Source: Gemmatimonadota bacterium
GTDB lineage: Bacteria; Gemmatimonadota; Gemmatimonadetes; Gemmatimonadales; Gemmatimonadaceae
Assembly: GCA_031372565.1 (NCBI GenBank)
Contig: JANMLN010000148.1
Span: forward strand, 1 to 54,378
Reading direction: 5' to 3'
DNA length: 54,378 nucleotides
The number at the start of each line of letters is the position of its first letter. The first letter of the stretch is position 1. Shown here piece after piece: positions 1 through 10,192 of this stretch. A program made the translations under genes and the position numbers. The notes below the pieces were generated by a model that saw nothing but the letters and a program-made list of their open reading frames with translations, had not been told where the DNA came from and did no database searches.

Positions 1-74
1 CCTGAGCGCAGCGAAGGACCTGCTTGCGCCGTTTGCCAGCGAAAAGCAGGTCCTTCGCTTCGCTCAGGACGACA
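1..74. repeat. Inverted REP doublet (REPIN-like): copy 1-25 (cut by window edge) and inverted copy 44-74
   Basis: cctgagcgcagcgaaggacctgctt, an 18-nt spacer, then the reverse complement of tgtcgtcctgagcgaagcgaaggacctgctt; the same unit recurs at 6 other loci. Confidence 0.9.
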
Positions 75-80
75 GCGGAC

Positions 81-1385
81 TCACGCCGACACCTTCTCGA
101 TATCAGCCGAAATCCGGCGCGACGCCACGAACAGCATCACCGCGAGCACCACACCGATCACCGGCACGATGCCGAACGCGTCGTGCAACCCCGTCGCGCG
201 GAACCCCTCCGTCATCTCCGTGGCGCCCGCCGCCGACATGGCCGCCTTGGCTGCGCGATCCGAAATACTGCCAAGGATCGCCGTGCCGAACGCGCCACCC
301 AGCACGTACATCCAGAAGAAGTAGAGACTCATCGCGCTGCCCCGCAGCGTGGGCGGCACCACTTCATGGATCGACGCGTATACCGTCGCGTAGTAGGTGT
401 AGAAGAGCAGCCACGACGCCCCGACGAGCCACGCGAACGTGGTGGTGTCGCCCTGCGGCAGTGCGAGCGCCACGTAGAAGAGCGGCGCGTGCAGTGCGAT
501 CGTGAACGAGGAGAACAGCAACCGCCCGTCGCGCCGCCACCGATGCAGCCGGTCCGCCACCAGACCGGTCAGCACGAGCGACAGGAGCCCCGTGGCTCCG
601 AGCACCAGCCCCGCCATCAACCCCACCTGGGCAATCGGCAGCTTGTGCCAGCGCATCAGGTACGCGGGCAGGAAGGCGTTGACGGCATAGATGCTGAAGT
701 TCTGCAGCGCCCCCGAGAGCATGAGCCAGCGCAGCGTCGGGATCTTCATGAGCGCCACGAATGGCGCCAGGAAACCTTCCGGAGCGCCCGGCTTGGCGAC
801 CGGCACGCCGTCGGCGCCACCACGCACCGGCTCCTGCATGCCCGCCACCACGAGCGCGAGCAACAGGCCGGGTACCGTGGCCACGAAGAAGGTCATCCGC
901 CAGCCGTAGCTCTTCGCGATCAGGCCGCTGAGCACGTTCGAGAGGAAGATCCCGAGCGGCAGCCCCAGCATGAAGATCGCGATGGCCCGCGCGCGCTTGG
1001 CGGCCGGAAACAGGTCGCCCAGCAGCGAGTTGCTCGCCGGCGAGCACGCCGCCTCGCCGAACCCCACGCCGATGCGCGCCGCGAACATGGTCCAGTACCC
1101 GCGCGCGAGCCCCGAGAGGCCCGTGAAGAGGCTCCACACCGCCACGCCACCCGCGAGGATCTTCACGCGCGACCCCGTGTCACTCATGCGGCCCAGCGGT
1201 AGCCCGACGAACGCGTACAGCAGCACGAACACCGTGTTCAGCCAGCCAAGCGCCGCGTCGCCCAGCATGAACTCCTTGCGCACCGGCTCCGACACCACGG
1301 CCAGAATCTGCCGGTCGTAGAAGTTCAGCAGGTTGATGGCGAACAGCACGAACAACGTGAAGTTGGCGCTCCTCGGCTTCGCCAT
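81..1385 (-). CDS. MFS transporter, spinster-like
   Basis: 434 aa, ~12 hydrophobic segments, NLLNFYDRQ, GRMSDTGSR motif A, ARIGVGFGEA. Confidence 0.9.
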   Translation of the reverse strand: MAKPRSANFTLFVLFAINLLNFYDRQILAVVSEPVRKEFMLGDAALGWLNTVFVLLYAFVGLPLGRMSDTGSRVKILAGGVAVWSLFTGLSGLARGYWTMFAARIGVGFGEAACSPASNSLLGDLFPAAKRARAIAIFMLGLPLGIFLSNVLSGLIAKSYGWRMTFFVATVPGLLLALVVAGMQEPVRGGADGVPVAKPGAPEGFLAPFVALMKIPTLRWLMLSGALQNFSIYAVNAFLPAYLMRWHKLPIAQVGLMAGLVLGATGLLSLVLTGLVADRLHRWRRDGRLLFSSFTIALHAPLFYVALALPQGDTTTFAWLVGASWLLFYTYYATVYASIHEVVPPTLRGSAMSLYFFWMYVLGGAFGTAILGSISDRAAKAAMSAAGATEMTEGFRATGLHDAFGIVPVIGVVLAVMLFVASRRISADIEKVSA

Positions 1386-1388
1386 CGG

Positions 1389-2294
1389 CTACTTCCGCCG
1401 CGGCCGTTCGAGAAAGGCGACGATCGCGGCGACGAACGCCGGCTGCGTGTCTTCCATCAGCGCGGCGTGATCACCGCCCGCGATCACCACCCACTGCTTG
1501 TCCGCCGTGCCAAGATTGGCAAAGAAATCCATCTGCGCCTGCGGCTGCGACACGGGATCGAACTCGCCTTGCAGCAGGAGCGTCGGCACGGTGACGCGCT
1601 TGGCGCTGAGCGCCTGCCACTGCTCAGTGCGGTGCCAATCGCTCTTGACGGGGTCTGCCTTGAGCGCGGCCGCCACGTACGCGTCGATGGCCTTCTGCGA
1701 CATCACCCCCGGCGCGATGAAGTCCTCCGCGGCAGCCTTCGCCGTGGTGGCCGCGCGCGGTGCCGTCCCGCCATCGCCAACCTGCATCATCGCCACGCGC
1801 ATGCCGGGCCACCCGAACATGATCAGATCGCTCATGAGCGTCGGGCGCTCCTGCGCCGTGAAGAACGCGGTCACCGAACCGAGCGACCAGCCGAACAACG
1901 CGGGCGCGCCCCTCACCCTCGACGAGTCGCGCACCCACTCGAGCGCGGCGATCAGGTCGACACGCGCCGACTCCGGCGTGTTCCAGCCGCTGGCATCGCG
2001 CGGACTGCCGCCATAGCCGGCGAGATCGAGCGCATACACGGCGTACCCCTTGGCCACGAGCGCGTCCATCAACGAACGCTTCTCGCCCGGTACCTGCAGG
2101 TCGAAATCGGGCAATCCGCTCCACGTACGACCGTGCAGCAGCAGCACGGCGCGCGTCGGCCTGGCTGGCCGCTTCTCCCACAGCGCAAGCTGGTGCGAAC
2201 CGGCCACGACGGTATGACGCACAGGCTTCGGTTGCGCGTCCGCCGTCGTGCTGCCAACGAGCAGCAGCGCTCCGAGCGCTGCTCCGCGCGACAT
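1389..2294 (-). CDS. Secreted alpha/beta hydrolase
   Basis: Signal-like N-terminus, HGRTW, GWSLG nucleophile elbow, GEFD and GGDH; start is ATG 2294 or GTG 2306. Confidence 0.8.
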   Translation of the reverse strand: MSRGAALGALLLVGSTTADAQPKPVRHTVVAGSHQLALWEKRPARPTRAVLLLHGRTWSGLPDFDLQVPGEKRSLMDALVAKGYAVYALDLAGYGGSPRDASGWNTPESARVDLIAALEWVRDSSRVRGAPALFGWSLGSVTAFFTAQERPTLMSDLIMFGWPGMRVAMMQVGDGGTAPRAATTAKAAAEDFIAPGVMSQKAIDAYVAAALKADPVKSDWHRTEQWQALSAKRVTVPTLLLQGEFDPVSQPQAQMDFFANLGTADKQWVVIAGGDHAALMEDTQPAFVAAIVAFLERPRRK

Positions 2295-2305
2295 GACCGC
2301 GTGCA

Positions 2306-4159
2306 CTAGCACCGCGGCCACCCCGGCTCGTTGCCCGTGATCGCCGGACGATCCTTCCGCTCGCTGATGGCCCACATCACGTCATGAATGAAGCGCGCCA
2401 GCCGCGCCGAGTGTTCGTACTCGATGTACTGCGGCTCGTCCGTCGCCTGGTGATAGTCCTGCGCATACCCGAGCGAGAAATACGTGACCGGAATGTCCTT
2501 GGTCACGTAGCTCACCTGATCCGACCGGCAGAACCGGTTGAGCGGATTTTCCCGCACATCCCAGCTCTTGTCGATCGCCATCGGCTCGGCGCGCGTGGCA
2601 TTCACTGAATCGATGATGTCGCCGAAATCGCGCGACAGCCGCCGCGCACCGAGCATCTGCACCGAGTTGGGACCACCGTACTTGACCTGATCGGCGCGCC
2701 CCTTGCCAAGCATGTCCATGTTGTGCGCCGCCACGATCTGTCCAAGCGGCACCGTCGGGTGATTCACGAACCAGCGCGACCCGAGCAGGCCCTGCTCTTC
2801 CCCTTGGTGCGACACGAAGATGATCGAACGCGCCGGCTTCTCGGCTGCGAACTTCTCCGCGATCTCGAGCAGCACGACCGTGCCCGAACCATCGTCATCG
2901 GCACCGTTCATGATCGAATCACGGCGCGGCGGCCGGATGCTGCGCGCGTACGCGATCAGCGAGTCGATCCGCCGCTGCTGGTCGGCCGTCGGGCGGCAGG
3001 CGGGGTCGTTGGCCCCCTGGCGACGGGTGACCGTGTTGACTGCGCGCAGCGAATCGTGGTCGACCCCCACGGGATTCGTTCCAACGTGATCATTGTGCGC
3101 TCCCACGAGCACGTACTCGGTGGCGCGCGCCGGATCGGAGCCCGGCAGAACGGCGATCACGTTGCGCGACGGGTACGACCCCAGCCGCCACGCAAAGTCC
3201 CAGGCGCCGCTGACGGGCCGACCCGCGGTTCCCACGGCCATCGAGGCGAGCGGCGCGTCGAAGATGCGGGCCGCGACAGCGTTCGAAATCACCGCCCCGA
3301 CCATGCTCGCGGCCGGAGCCGCAGGCGCCGACGGCTGCATCGACGGCCGCTGCGCGAACGCCGCCGTCACGCTCGCAGCGTTCAGTTCATCGAGGCCGAC
3401 AATCAGGACACCAGCCGCGCCCACCGCGATCGCACGGCGGTCGCGGACCGCCGCGACCGGAGCACTCGACGGACGCGACGCCGTGAGCGCCGCCTGCGAA
3501 GCCTCGAGACGGATGACGGCATTCGCGCCAAACCGGTCCGGCAGCGAGTCGCATCGCAGCAGCGTGGCAGGCCGCGCCTGCGCCATCCCCGGCGCGGTGG
3601 GCGACGCGATGAAGACGGCCACCTTGCCGGCGAACTTCGCAGGATCGAGCACCACGGCCGTGTCGCCCCAGCGACCCGCAAACACCGTCGCGGCGTCGGC
3701 CAGCTTGGCCGTGCCTCCGATCGCGTTGAGCGCCGACGGCGCAACAGGAATCCAGTCCGTGCGCGTCGCGAGTCGCGCTCCACCGACGCTCATCATGGAG
3801 GCCGACTCTTCAAAGCCAAGCGGCCCGTACGGGAGGTTCTGGAAGAAGGTGCCGTCGTCACCGGCCGGCTTGAACCCCAGCCGCTTGAACTCGGATGCGA
3901 TGTACTCGGTCCCCTTCACGTTGCCCAGCTCTCCCATGCGACGCCCCATCATCGAATCGTCGGCGAACTGATAGAGCCGCGTCCGGAGGTCGTTGGCCGT
4001 GATGTCGGACGCGGTCGGACGTGGCACCCACGTCCGCGGTCCTTCATCGGGCCAGACCACCTTCTCGGCCGGCTTGGCCGACTTTGCGGGTTTGGCCTGC
4101 GACCAACCGACCACGGGGACACAGGCGAGGACGAGACACGCGCGCAGCGAATGAAACAC
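2306..4159 (-). CDS. M28 family aminopeptidase with PA-like insert
   Basis: GAHNDH, NGADDDGSG, GEEQGLLGS, NMDM, RSDQ, DYH motifs; GTG 4159 has GGAG 7 nt upstream. Confidence 0.9.
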   Translation of the reverse strand: MFHSLRACLVLACVPVVGWSQAKPAKSAKPAEKVVWPDEGPRTWVPRPTASDITANDLRTRLYQFADDSMMGRRMGELGNVKGTEYIASEFKRLGFKPAGDDGTFFQNLPYGPLGFEESASMMSVGGARLATRTDWIPVAPSALNAIGGTAKLADAATVFAGRWGDTAVVLDPAKFAGKVAVFIASPTAPGMAQARPATLLRCDSLPDRFGANAVIRLEASQAALTASRPSSAPVAAVRDRRAIAVGAAGVLIVGLDELNAASVTAAFAQRPSMQPSAPAAPAASMVGAVISNAVAARIFDAPLASMAVGTAGRPVSGAWDFAWRLGSYPSRNVIAVLPGSDPARATEYVLVGAHNDHVGTNPVGVDHDSLRAVNTVTRRQGANDPACRPTADQQRRIDSLIAYARSIRPPRRDSIMNGADDDGSGTVVLLEIAEKFAAEKPARSIIFVSHQGEEQGLLGSRWFVNHPTVPLGQIVAAHNMDMLGKGRADQVKYGGPNSVQMLGARRLSRDFGDIIDSVNATRAEPMAIDKSWDVRENPLNRFCRSDQVSYVTKDIPVTYFSLGYAQDYHQATDEPQYIEYEHSARLARFIHDVMWAISERKDRPAITGNEPGWPRC

Positions 4160-4291
4160 GACGTCGCTCCAGGGAGCCGATGGGAAGGCGGACAACGGGC
4201 TGGGTCAATCTGCCCTCCGCACGAAGCGCACGGCAAGGCGACAACGCGCGGTTGCTGGCGCGCGAGCGGTGCGGGCGTCACCTTCTCGTCG

Positions 4292-6037
4292 ATGCCCCGC
4301 CTGCTGTCCCTGGTCACCACGCCGATGCTCCGCGCCCTCTTCCGCGTCTTTCTGCTTCCCGCGCTCGTGGCCTGTGCCAAGGGCGACTCCACGACGCCGC
4401 CAACGACGGTCGCACCTGCCACGCCTCGCGCGGCGCGCGTGACGACCAGCGACTCGGCCATGGTCGTGTCGGCGTCGCCATACGCGACACAGGCCGGCCT
4501 CGCCGTGCTCAAGGCGGGAGGCAACGCCATCGACGCAGCGGTCGCCGTCGCGATGACGCTGGGCGTCACCTACCCTGCCGCGGGCAACATCGGCGGCGGC
4601 GGGTTCATGGTGGCGCGCATCAACGGGAAGCACGTCGCGCTCGACTTTCGCGAGACGGCGCCTGCGGGTGCGACGCGCGACATGTACCTCGACGCGCAGG
4701 GCAACGTGACCGATCGCAGTGTGACAGGCGCGCTCGCGGCTGGCATCCCGGGATCGGTTGCCGGCCTCTTCGAAGCGCACAAGCGGTACGGCTCGAAGCC
4801 ATGGGCCGAGCTCGTGACGCCGGCCGCCGTGCTCGCCGAGCAGGGGTTCGTGATCGACTCCGCCTTTCGTGATGACGACGAAGGAGGCGCGAAGCGCCTC
4901 GGAAGCGACTCCACGAGCGCGAGACTCTTCCTGAAGGATGGCAGGTTTCTCCCGCTCGGCGGGACGTGGAAGGCGCCGGGGCTTGGCGCGGCACTGCGTC
5001 GCATCGCCGAGCGCGGGCGTGACGGCTTTTATGCGGGCGAGACGGCGGAGCAGATCGTCGCCGCCATGAAGGCAGGTGGCGGCATCATCACCAAGGCGGA
5101 CCTGTCCGGTTACCAGCCGATCTGGCGCGCGCCGGTCGAGTTCTCGTACCGCGGTCATCGCGTGATCAGCATGCCGCCGGTCTCGTCGGGTGGACTCACA
5201 CTCGGGCTCATCCTCGGCATCCTCGAGCAGCGTGACCTTGGGGCGCTCGGCTGGCGCACGCCCGCGTCGATTCACCTGCTGGCTGAAGCAGAGCGGCGCG
5301 CCTTCGCGCGGCGGAACACGCTGCTCGGAGACCCGGCGTTCGTGAAGATTCCGGAGGCGTCCTTCCTCTCGCGCGATACCGCGAAGGCACTGGCGGCCGA
5401 GATTGGCGAACGGTCGAGTGGGTCGGCGCCCGCTGCGGCCGCTCGCGAGAAGCGCCACACGACGCACTTCGCCGTGGTCGACGCGAAGGGCAACGCGGTC
5501 TCGATCACCACCACGATCAACGAGAGCTACGGGTCGGCGTTCACGGTACCGGGCGCAGAGTTTCTGCTCAACGACGAGATGGACGACTTCACCGCGAAGG
5601 TCGGCGCGGTCAACGCGATGGGGCTCACGCAGGGGGCCACGAACGCGATTCAGCCCGGCAAGCGCATGCTCTCGAGCATGACGCCGACCATCGTGCTCGA
5701 CTCGGCGGGGGCGCCGCTCCTTGTCACGGGTGCGGCGGGAGGCGCGTACATCATCACGGCCGTTGCGCACCTGATCGTGAGCGTGGTGGACTACCGGCAG
5801 TCGATTGGCACGGCGATGGCTGCCCCGCAGTTCCATCATCAGGACGTGCCCGACTCGCTCTTCGTGGAGCGGATCGCGTGGGCCGAATCGGCCGCCACGA
5901 TGATGGCGCCGCTGGGCCATGCGGTGAAGCCATCGCCGTGGGGCTCACTCGCGAACGTGCAGAGCATCCATCGCGACGGGAAGGTGTGGCGCGGGGTGAG
6001 CGAGCCGCGCGGGTTCGGCCTTGCGGCAGGGTACTGA
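4292..6037 (+). CDS. ggt: Gamma-glutamyltransferase (lipoprotein-like)
   Basis: GGNAIDAAVA, GGGGFM, DFRETAP, HTTHF Thr nucleophile, LNDEMDDF, PGKRMLSSMTPT; the ORF-track extension to 2723 is antisense to M28. Confidence 0.93.
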   Translation: MPRLLSLVTTPMLRALFRVFLLPALVACAKGDSTTPPTTVAPATPRAARVTTSDSAMVVSASPYATQAGLAVLKAGGNAIDAAVAVAMTLGVTYPAAGNIGGGGFMVARINGKHVALDFRETAPAGATRDMYLDAQGNVTDRSVTGALAAGIPGSVAGLFEAHKRYGSKPWAELVTPAAVLAEQGFVIDSAFRDDDEGGAKRLGSDSTSARLFLKDGRFLPLGGTWKAPGLGAALRRIAERGRDGFYAGETAEQIVAAMKAGGGIITKADLSGYQPIWRAPVEFSYRGHRVISMPPVSSGGLTLGLILGILEQRDLGALGWRTPASIHLLAEAERRAFARRNTLLGDPAFVKIPEASFLSRDTAKALAAEIGERSSGSAPAAAAREKRHTTHFAVVDAKGNAVSITTTINESYGSAFTVPGAEFLLNDEMDDFTAKVGAVNAMGLTQGATNAIQPGKRMLSSMTPTIVLDSAGAPLLVTGAAGGAYIITAVAHLIVSVVDYRQSIGTAMAAPQFHHQDVPDSLFVERIAWAESAATMMAPLGHAVKPSPWGSLANVQSIHRDGKVWRGVSEPRGFGLAAGY

Positions 6038-6039
6038 GC

Positions 6040-6381
6040 GTGCACGGTCCATACGCACACCGTGGCGCCGTGATGGCGTTGGCCGGCGTGTTCGCGGGCG
6101 CCTGTGCAACAGCTGTGGGCAACATGCCGAGCGATGATGCCGCCCGGACGTTGCGCGATGGCCCGGTGCTGCTGGCCGGGGCGGTCGCGGCGGACCGCAG
6201 CGGCGCCTGCCAGACGCCCGTGCGCGACCCGTCGTCGGGGGTCGTACTCACGCTCGTGCGGTCGAGCCTGGGCCGCGGCGACTACCGTCCGGCGCCTGTG
6301 GACGCGTACGGGCTCCGGGTCACGGAGTTGGTGCGCGTCGAGTGCAGGAACGGTCGCGTCGTCGGGGCTGTTTCAGCGTGA
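6040..6381 (+). CDS. Small hypothetical lipoprotein
   Basis: FAGAC lipobox-like segment, 2 further Cys, directly downstream of ggt; start is GTG 6040 or ATG 6073. Confidence 0.6.
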   Translation: MHGPYAHRGAVMALAGVFAGACATAVGNMPSDDAARTLRDGPVLLAGAVAADRSGACQTPVRDPSSGVVLTLVRSSLGRGDYRPAPVDAYGLRVTELVRVECRNGRVVGAVSA

Positions 6382-6437
6382 TGACCATCCACTCTCTCCG
6401 ATCCGTGTGGCTCCCTCTCGGTCCTGACGCCCGCCGC

Positions 6438-7187
6438 ATGCGTCTCACGCTGACTGGTCTGCTCCTCGTCGCGGCCGCCGTCGCGCAGGCACCCGCGCCG
6501 TTGTGTGCGCAGGATGCCCGGCCGCAGATCGCGATCGACGACCCGCGATGGCAGCTGCAATCGAACACGAACGGCATCGAGATCTATCGCGCCACCGTCA
6601 CCGGCACGCCCATCGTGCCGTTCAAGGCGGTCATGACGATTCCCGGCACGATCGAGGAAGTCTCGCTCGTGCTCGAGGACATCCCGCGTCGCGGCGACTG
6701 GATCAGCCACTACGGGCAGAGCATGGTGCTCGAGCGCGGCAGCGACTACGACCAGGTGGAGTACCTGCGCATCGCGATGCCGTGGCCGGTGATCGATCGT
6801 ACGACGCTCATCCGCGTGCGCATCTCGGTGAGCGACGACCGCTCCACCGCGACGCTGGCGGCCGAGTCGGTGGACTCGCATCCGCGCGACTCGCTGCCGT
6901 CGCTCGTGCGCGCGCAAGTGTACGCCAGCACGATGCAATTGAAGCAGATTGGTGAACAGGTCGAGGTACGCTCCCTCGTCTTCATCGATCCACGGGGTCG
7001 CATCCCGTTGTGGGCCGTGCACTATTACACGAGCCGGGTGGCGCAGGCCACGCTCGAGGGACTGCGGCGGCAAGTCGCGCGCAAGTTGTTCTCGCGCGAG
7101 CAGGTGGAGGCCATGCGCAGCCGGATCAGCGGCTACCGCGTCTTTCGCGAGCGCTACGCCGCGCCGAGCGCCCCGCCGTCGCACTGA
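6438..7187 (+). CDS. Secreted START/SRPBCC lipid-binding domain protein
   Basis: Signal peptide; W..NTNGIEIY, FKAVMTI, MPWPVIDR, DPRGRIPLW, all typical of START domains. Confidence 0.8.
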   Translation: MRLTLTGLLLVAAAVAQAPAPLCAQDARPQIAIDDPRWQLQSNTNGIEIYRATVTGTPIVPFKAVMTIPGTIEEVSLVLEDIPRRGDWISHYGQSMVLERGSDYDQVEYLRIAMPWPVIDRTTLIRVRISVSDDRSTATLAAESVDSHPRDSLPSLVRAQVYASTMQLKQIGEQVEVRSLVFIDPRGRIPLWAVHYYTSRVAQATLEGLRRQVARKLFSREQVEAMRSRISGYRVFRERYAAPSAPPSH

Positions 7188-7250
7188 CCACCCCCGCGCC
7201 GCACGATGCGCGCGGCGCGCGCCACCGGACGGCGCGTCACGGGTGGGCGA

Positions 7251-8372
7251 TCAACGCTGGGCGGCCGTCGGCTTGAGCGTGAGCTTCTGCACGCGCCAGT
7301 TGAGGATCTCGCCCACCCACAGTTCGTTCTCCGACGGACACGCGATCTGGTGGACCCACCCGAATTCCCCCGACTGCTTTCCGGCTTCGCCGAGCACACC
7401 GAGCACCTTGCCGTCGAGCGTGAGCTTGTAGATGCGCCCCGGCACGGCGTCGGCGCTGTAGAGGTACTGCGTCGGCCCGGGGGTGATGCAGATGGCCCAC
7501 GGTGCCCCCGACGTCGCCAACGGATTGGCGCCCGGCCGAGGCATCGCCCCCACCATCACGTTCGGCTCCTTCGCGAACGGCACATCGATCGTCATGACGC
7601 GCAGCAAGGCGCCGTTCGGGTCGAACACCTGGATGCGGCGGTTGGTGCGGTCACCGACGTAGATGTTCCCCTTGGCGTCGCTGGCGATTGTATGCAGGAT
7701 GTTGAACTGTCCCGGCTCCCGCCCACGGTCGCCCCATGTGGCCAGCCACTTGCCTTCCGGGCTGATCTTCACGACCCGCGAGTTGTTGTAGCCGTCGGCC
7801 ACGAAGATGTTGCCCTGCGTATCCCATGCCACGTCCGTCGGGCGATTGAAGACGCCCCAGCGCGGCACGAACGGCGCCCCTTCGGCATGGACGGGCGGTT
7901 CCTCCACGGCCTCGTCGCGGCGGCCCAGCGCCAGCAGCACCCGGCCGGCCGGGGAGAACTTCACCACCATGTTCGTCCCTTCGTCGGACGTCCAGATGTT
8001 GCCGCTCTTGTCGACACGAACCGTGTGCGCAAACGCGAAGCCGTACAACTCCTTGCCGATCTCGCGCAGGAACTTGCCGTCAGGGCCGAACTCGAAGAGT
8101 TGGGACGCAACGCCGCCATGCACCGTACTCCGCGCTCCGGTGCGGTGGAACACGAACACATGGCGACGCTTGTCAAGATCGATCCCGGTCACTTCGCCGA
8201 AGTGCAGTCCCTCGGGAAGCTTGAGCGGGTTCGCATCGGCGGCGAAGGCGATCTCGCCGACCGCCGCCTGTTGAGCGGCGCTCACGCGCGTCGCGGCGCA
8301 GACGCCGACCACGGCGGCGCACATGACTCGTACCACTGACACGCCCCATCGGGCATGCATTCCGTTCATCAT
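7251..8372 (-). CDS. NHL-repeat protein, peptidyl-alpha-hydroxyglycine alpha-amidating lyase (PAL)-like
   Basis: FAHTVRVD..GNIW, FNRPTDVA..GNIFVADGYNNSRV, FNILH..D.KGNIYVGDRTNRRIQVFD; the upstream ORF extension derives from a REP. Confidence 0.85.
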   Translation of the reverse strand: MMNGMHARWGVSVVRVMCAAVVGVCAATRVSAAQQAAVGEIAFAADANPLKLPEGLHFGEVTGIDLDKRRHVFVFHRTGARSTVHGGVASQLFEFGPDGKFLREIGKELYGFAFAHTVRVDKSGNIWTSDEGTNMVVKFSPAGRVLLALGRRDEAVEEPPVHAEGAPFVPRWGVFNRPTDVAWDTQGNIFVADGYNNSRVVKISPEGKWLATWGDRGREPGQFNILHTIASDAKGNIYVGDRTNRRIQVFDPNGALLRVMTIDVPFAKEPNVMVGAMPRPGANPLATSGAPWAICITPGPTQYLYSADAVPGRIYKLTLDGKVLGVLGEAGKQSGEFGWVHQIACPSENELWVGEILNWRVQKLTLKPTAAQR

Positions 8373-8405
8373 GGCTGTTCTCCCATAGCTGCGCGACGTC
8401 ACCGG

Positions 8406-8480
8406 TGTCATCCTGAGCGAAGCGAAGGATCTGCTTCTCATCAGACCACAAGCAGGTCCTTCGCTTCGCTCAGGACGACA
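8406..8480. repeat. Inverted REP doublet (8406-8436, 8450-8480)
   Basis: tgtcatcctgagcgaagcgaaggatctgctt, a 13-nt spacer, then an inverted copy; lies between divergent genes. Confidence 0.9.
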
Positions 8481-8572
8481 AAGTATGCGGCTCGGAGCGC
8501 CGGTCCGTGAGAGCGCCGAACGACGTATCTTCGTCCTGACCCTGCTCGCCGACCCGTACCGACGTCCTCCGC

Positions 8573-10192
8573 ATGCGCCGCTTCATCGCCACCTGCGTCC
8601 TCAGCCTCGCGCTCCTCCCCGCAGCGCACGCGCAGCCACGAGCCAGTGCCAGCACGGCCGACCTGCTCGCGCTGGCCGAGGAACTCCGCGCCCTCCGAGA
8701 TCCGGTCGTCACCGACCGCGTGCCTGACTACTCCCCCGCCGCCGTCACGCGCTGGCAGAAGGGACTCACTGCGCTGCGCACTCGACACGCCGCCTTTGAC
8801 ACCCGCGCCTGGCCGGTTGCCGATCGCATCGATCACATTCTCGTCGGCACGCAGCTCAACGCGTTGGACTTTGATCTGCGGGTTCTGCGCCCGTGGCAGC
8901 GCGATCCGGGCCACTGGGTCGACATGATCGCGCGCACGCCGTACATCGCCACTCCGGTGAATGCCGCCGATCGTGCTCGCGTGACCGCCGAGCTGCGCGC
9001 CGTGCCGCGGCTCCTCGCGGAAGCACGCACCCGACTCAATCGGCCGGCGTCGGAACTCACGGGCATCGCCCTCTTTCACCTCGAGCAATCCGACGGCGTC
9101 AATCAGGGTGAGCCTCGCCGCGACCCGCCACCTGCAGGCGTCATCGGTTGGTACCAGGAGCTGCTCGGTCGTGCCAAGTCGACCGACCCATCGCTGGTGC
9201 CGGACGTGGAGGCCGCACTGACCGCCGTGCGCGCCTTCCGCGATTGGCTGACCTCGGCACAGCCGCTGATGCGCGAGCCGGCCTTCGTCGGCCTCGACCA
9301 CTACCTCTGGTTCGTGCGCAACGTGCGCCTCGTCCCGCTCTCCACGGACCAGATCCTCCTGGTGGGCGAGCGCGAGATCGAACGCGCCCGGACCCTGTTG
9401 GCCATCGAGCGCCACCGGAATCGTGCGCTGCCGGAACTCGTTCCGGTGTCCAATGCCGATGAACATGAGAAGCGCACACGCGAGGCCGAGAGCTGGATTC
9501 GCACCTTCACCGCGCGCGAGCAGCTCCTCACGATTCCCGCCGACATCCCCGAGAAATACGAGACCGATGCCTTCTTCATCAACCGGGAAGCATGGGGTGG
9601 GCATCGGCACTTCTGGGAAGAGATCACCTATCGTGATCCGCTGAACAATCACATCCATGCCTCGATACCGGGCCATCGGTTCGACGGCGCGCTGCAACGC
9701 CGCAATCCACGACCCATCCGCCGCATGGTCAGCGATGGCACGCGCGCCGAGGGATGGGGCTTCTACATCGAGGAGATGTACCTGCAGGCGGGACTGCTCA
9801 ATGACCGGCCGCGCACTCGCGAACTGTTCTACATCGCGCAGCTCAAGCGCGCCGCGCGCGTCCACGCCGAGCAGCTGATGCAGACCGGTGCCTTCACCCT
9901 GCGGCAGGCCATCGACTATCTCGTGGCTGAAGTGCCGCTGATGGAGGACAACCTCGCGCGCTACGACCTCGCCATCTACCTGCGACGTCCTGCGTACGGC
10001 ATGAACTACACGATCGGAAAGGCACAGCTCGAGAAGCTGGTCGCCGATCGGTCGAGGCAGCTGGGCAACCGTTTCGTACTTGGCGCCTTTCACGACGAGT
10101 TCCTGTCAAAGGGGATGATCCCGATCTCGCTCATCCGATGGGAGATGACCGGGCTCGACGACGAGATGCGTGCACTCGGGGTGATCAAGTGA
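8573..10192 (+). CDS. DUF885 family protein
   Basis: Signal peptide; H.S.PGH, EGWGFYIE, RAARV, P.Y..NY.IGK, FHD..L..G.IP motifs. Confidence 0.85.
   Translation: MRRFIATCVLSLALLPAAHAQPRASASTADLLALAEELRALRDPVVTDRVPDYSPAAVTRWQKGLTALRTRHAAFDTRAWPVADRIDHILVGTQLNALDFDLRVLRPWQRDPGHWVDMIARTPYIATPVNAADRARVTAELRAVPRLLAEARTRLNRPASELTGIALFHLEQSDGVNQGEPRRDPPPAGVIGWYQELLGRAKSTDPSLVPDVEAALTAVRAFRDWLTSAQPLMREPAFVGLDHYLWFVRNVRLVPLSTDQILLVGEREIERARTLLAIERHRNRALPELVPVSNADEHEKRTREAESWIRTFTAREQLLTIPADIPEKYETDAFFINREAWGGHRHFWEEITYRDPLNNHIHASIPGHRFDGALQRRNPRPIRRMVSDGTRAEGWGFYIEEMYLQAGLLNDRPRTRELFYIAQLKRAARVHAEQLMQTGAFTLRQAIDYLVAEVPLMEDNLARYDLAIYLRRPAYGMNYTIGKAQLEKLVADRSRQLGNRFVLGAFHDEFLSKGMIPISLIRWEMTGLDDEMRALGVIK

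Noticed and set aside
2723..4291. 523-aa N-terminal extension of GGT in the ORF track
   Set aside because: It is the antisense shadow of the M28 gene; GGT homology and the lipoprotein signal begin at 4292.
8373..8441. Recurrent peptide SRSFASLR(M/T)T / VLS.AKDLL in several ORFs as a protein motif
   Set aside because: It is simply the translation of the REP element.
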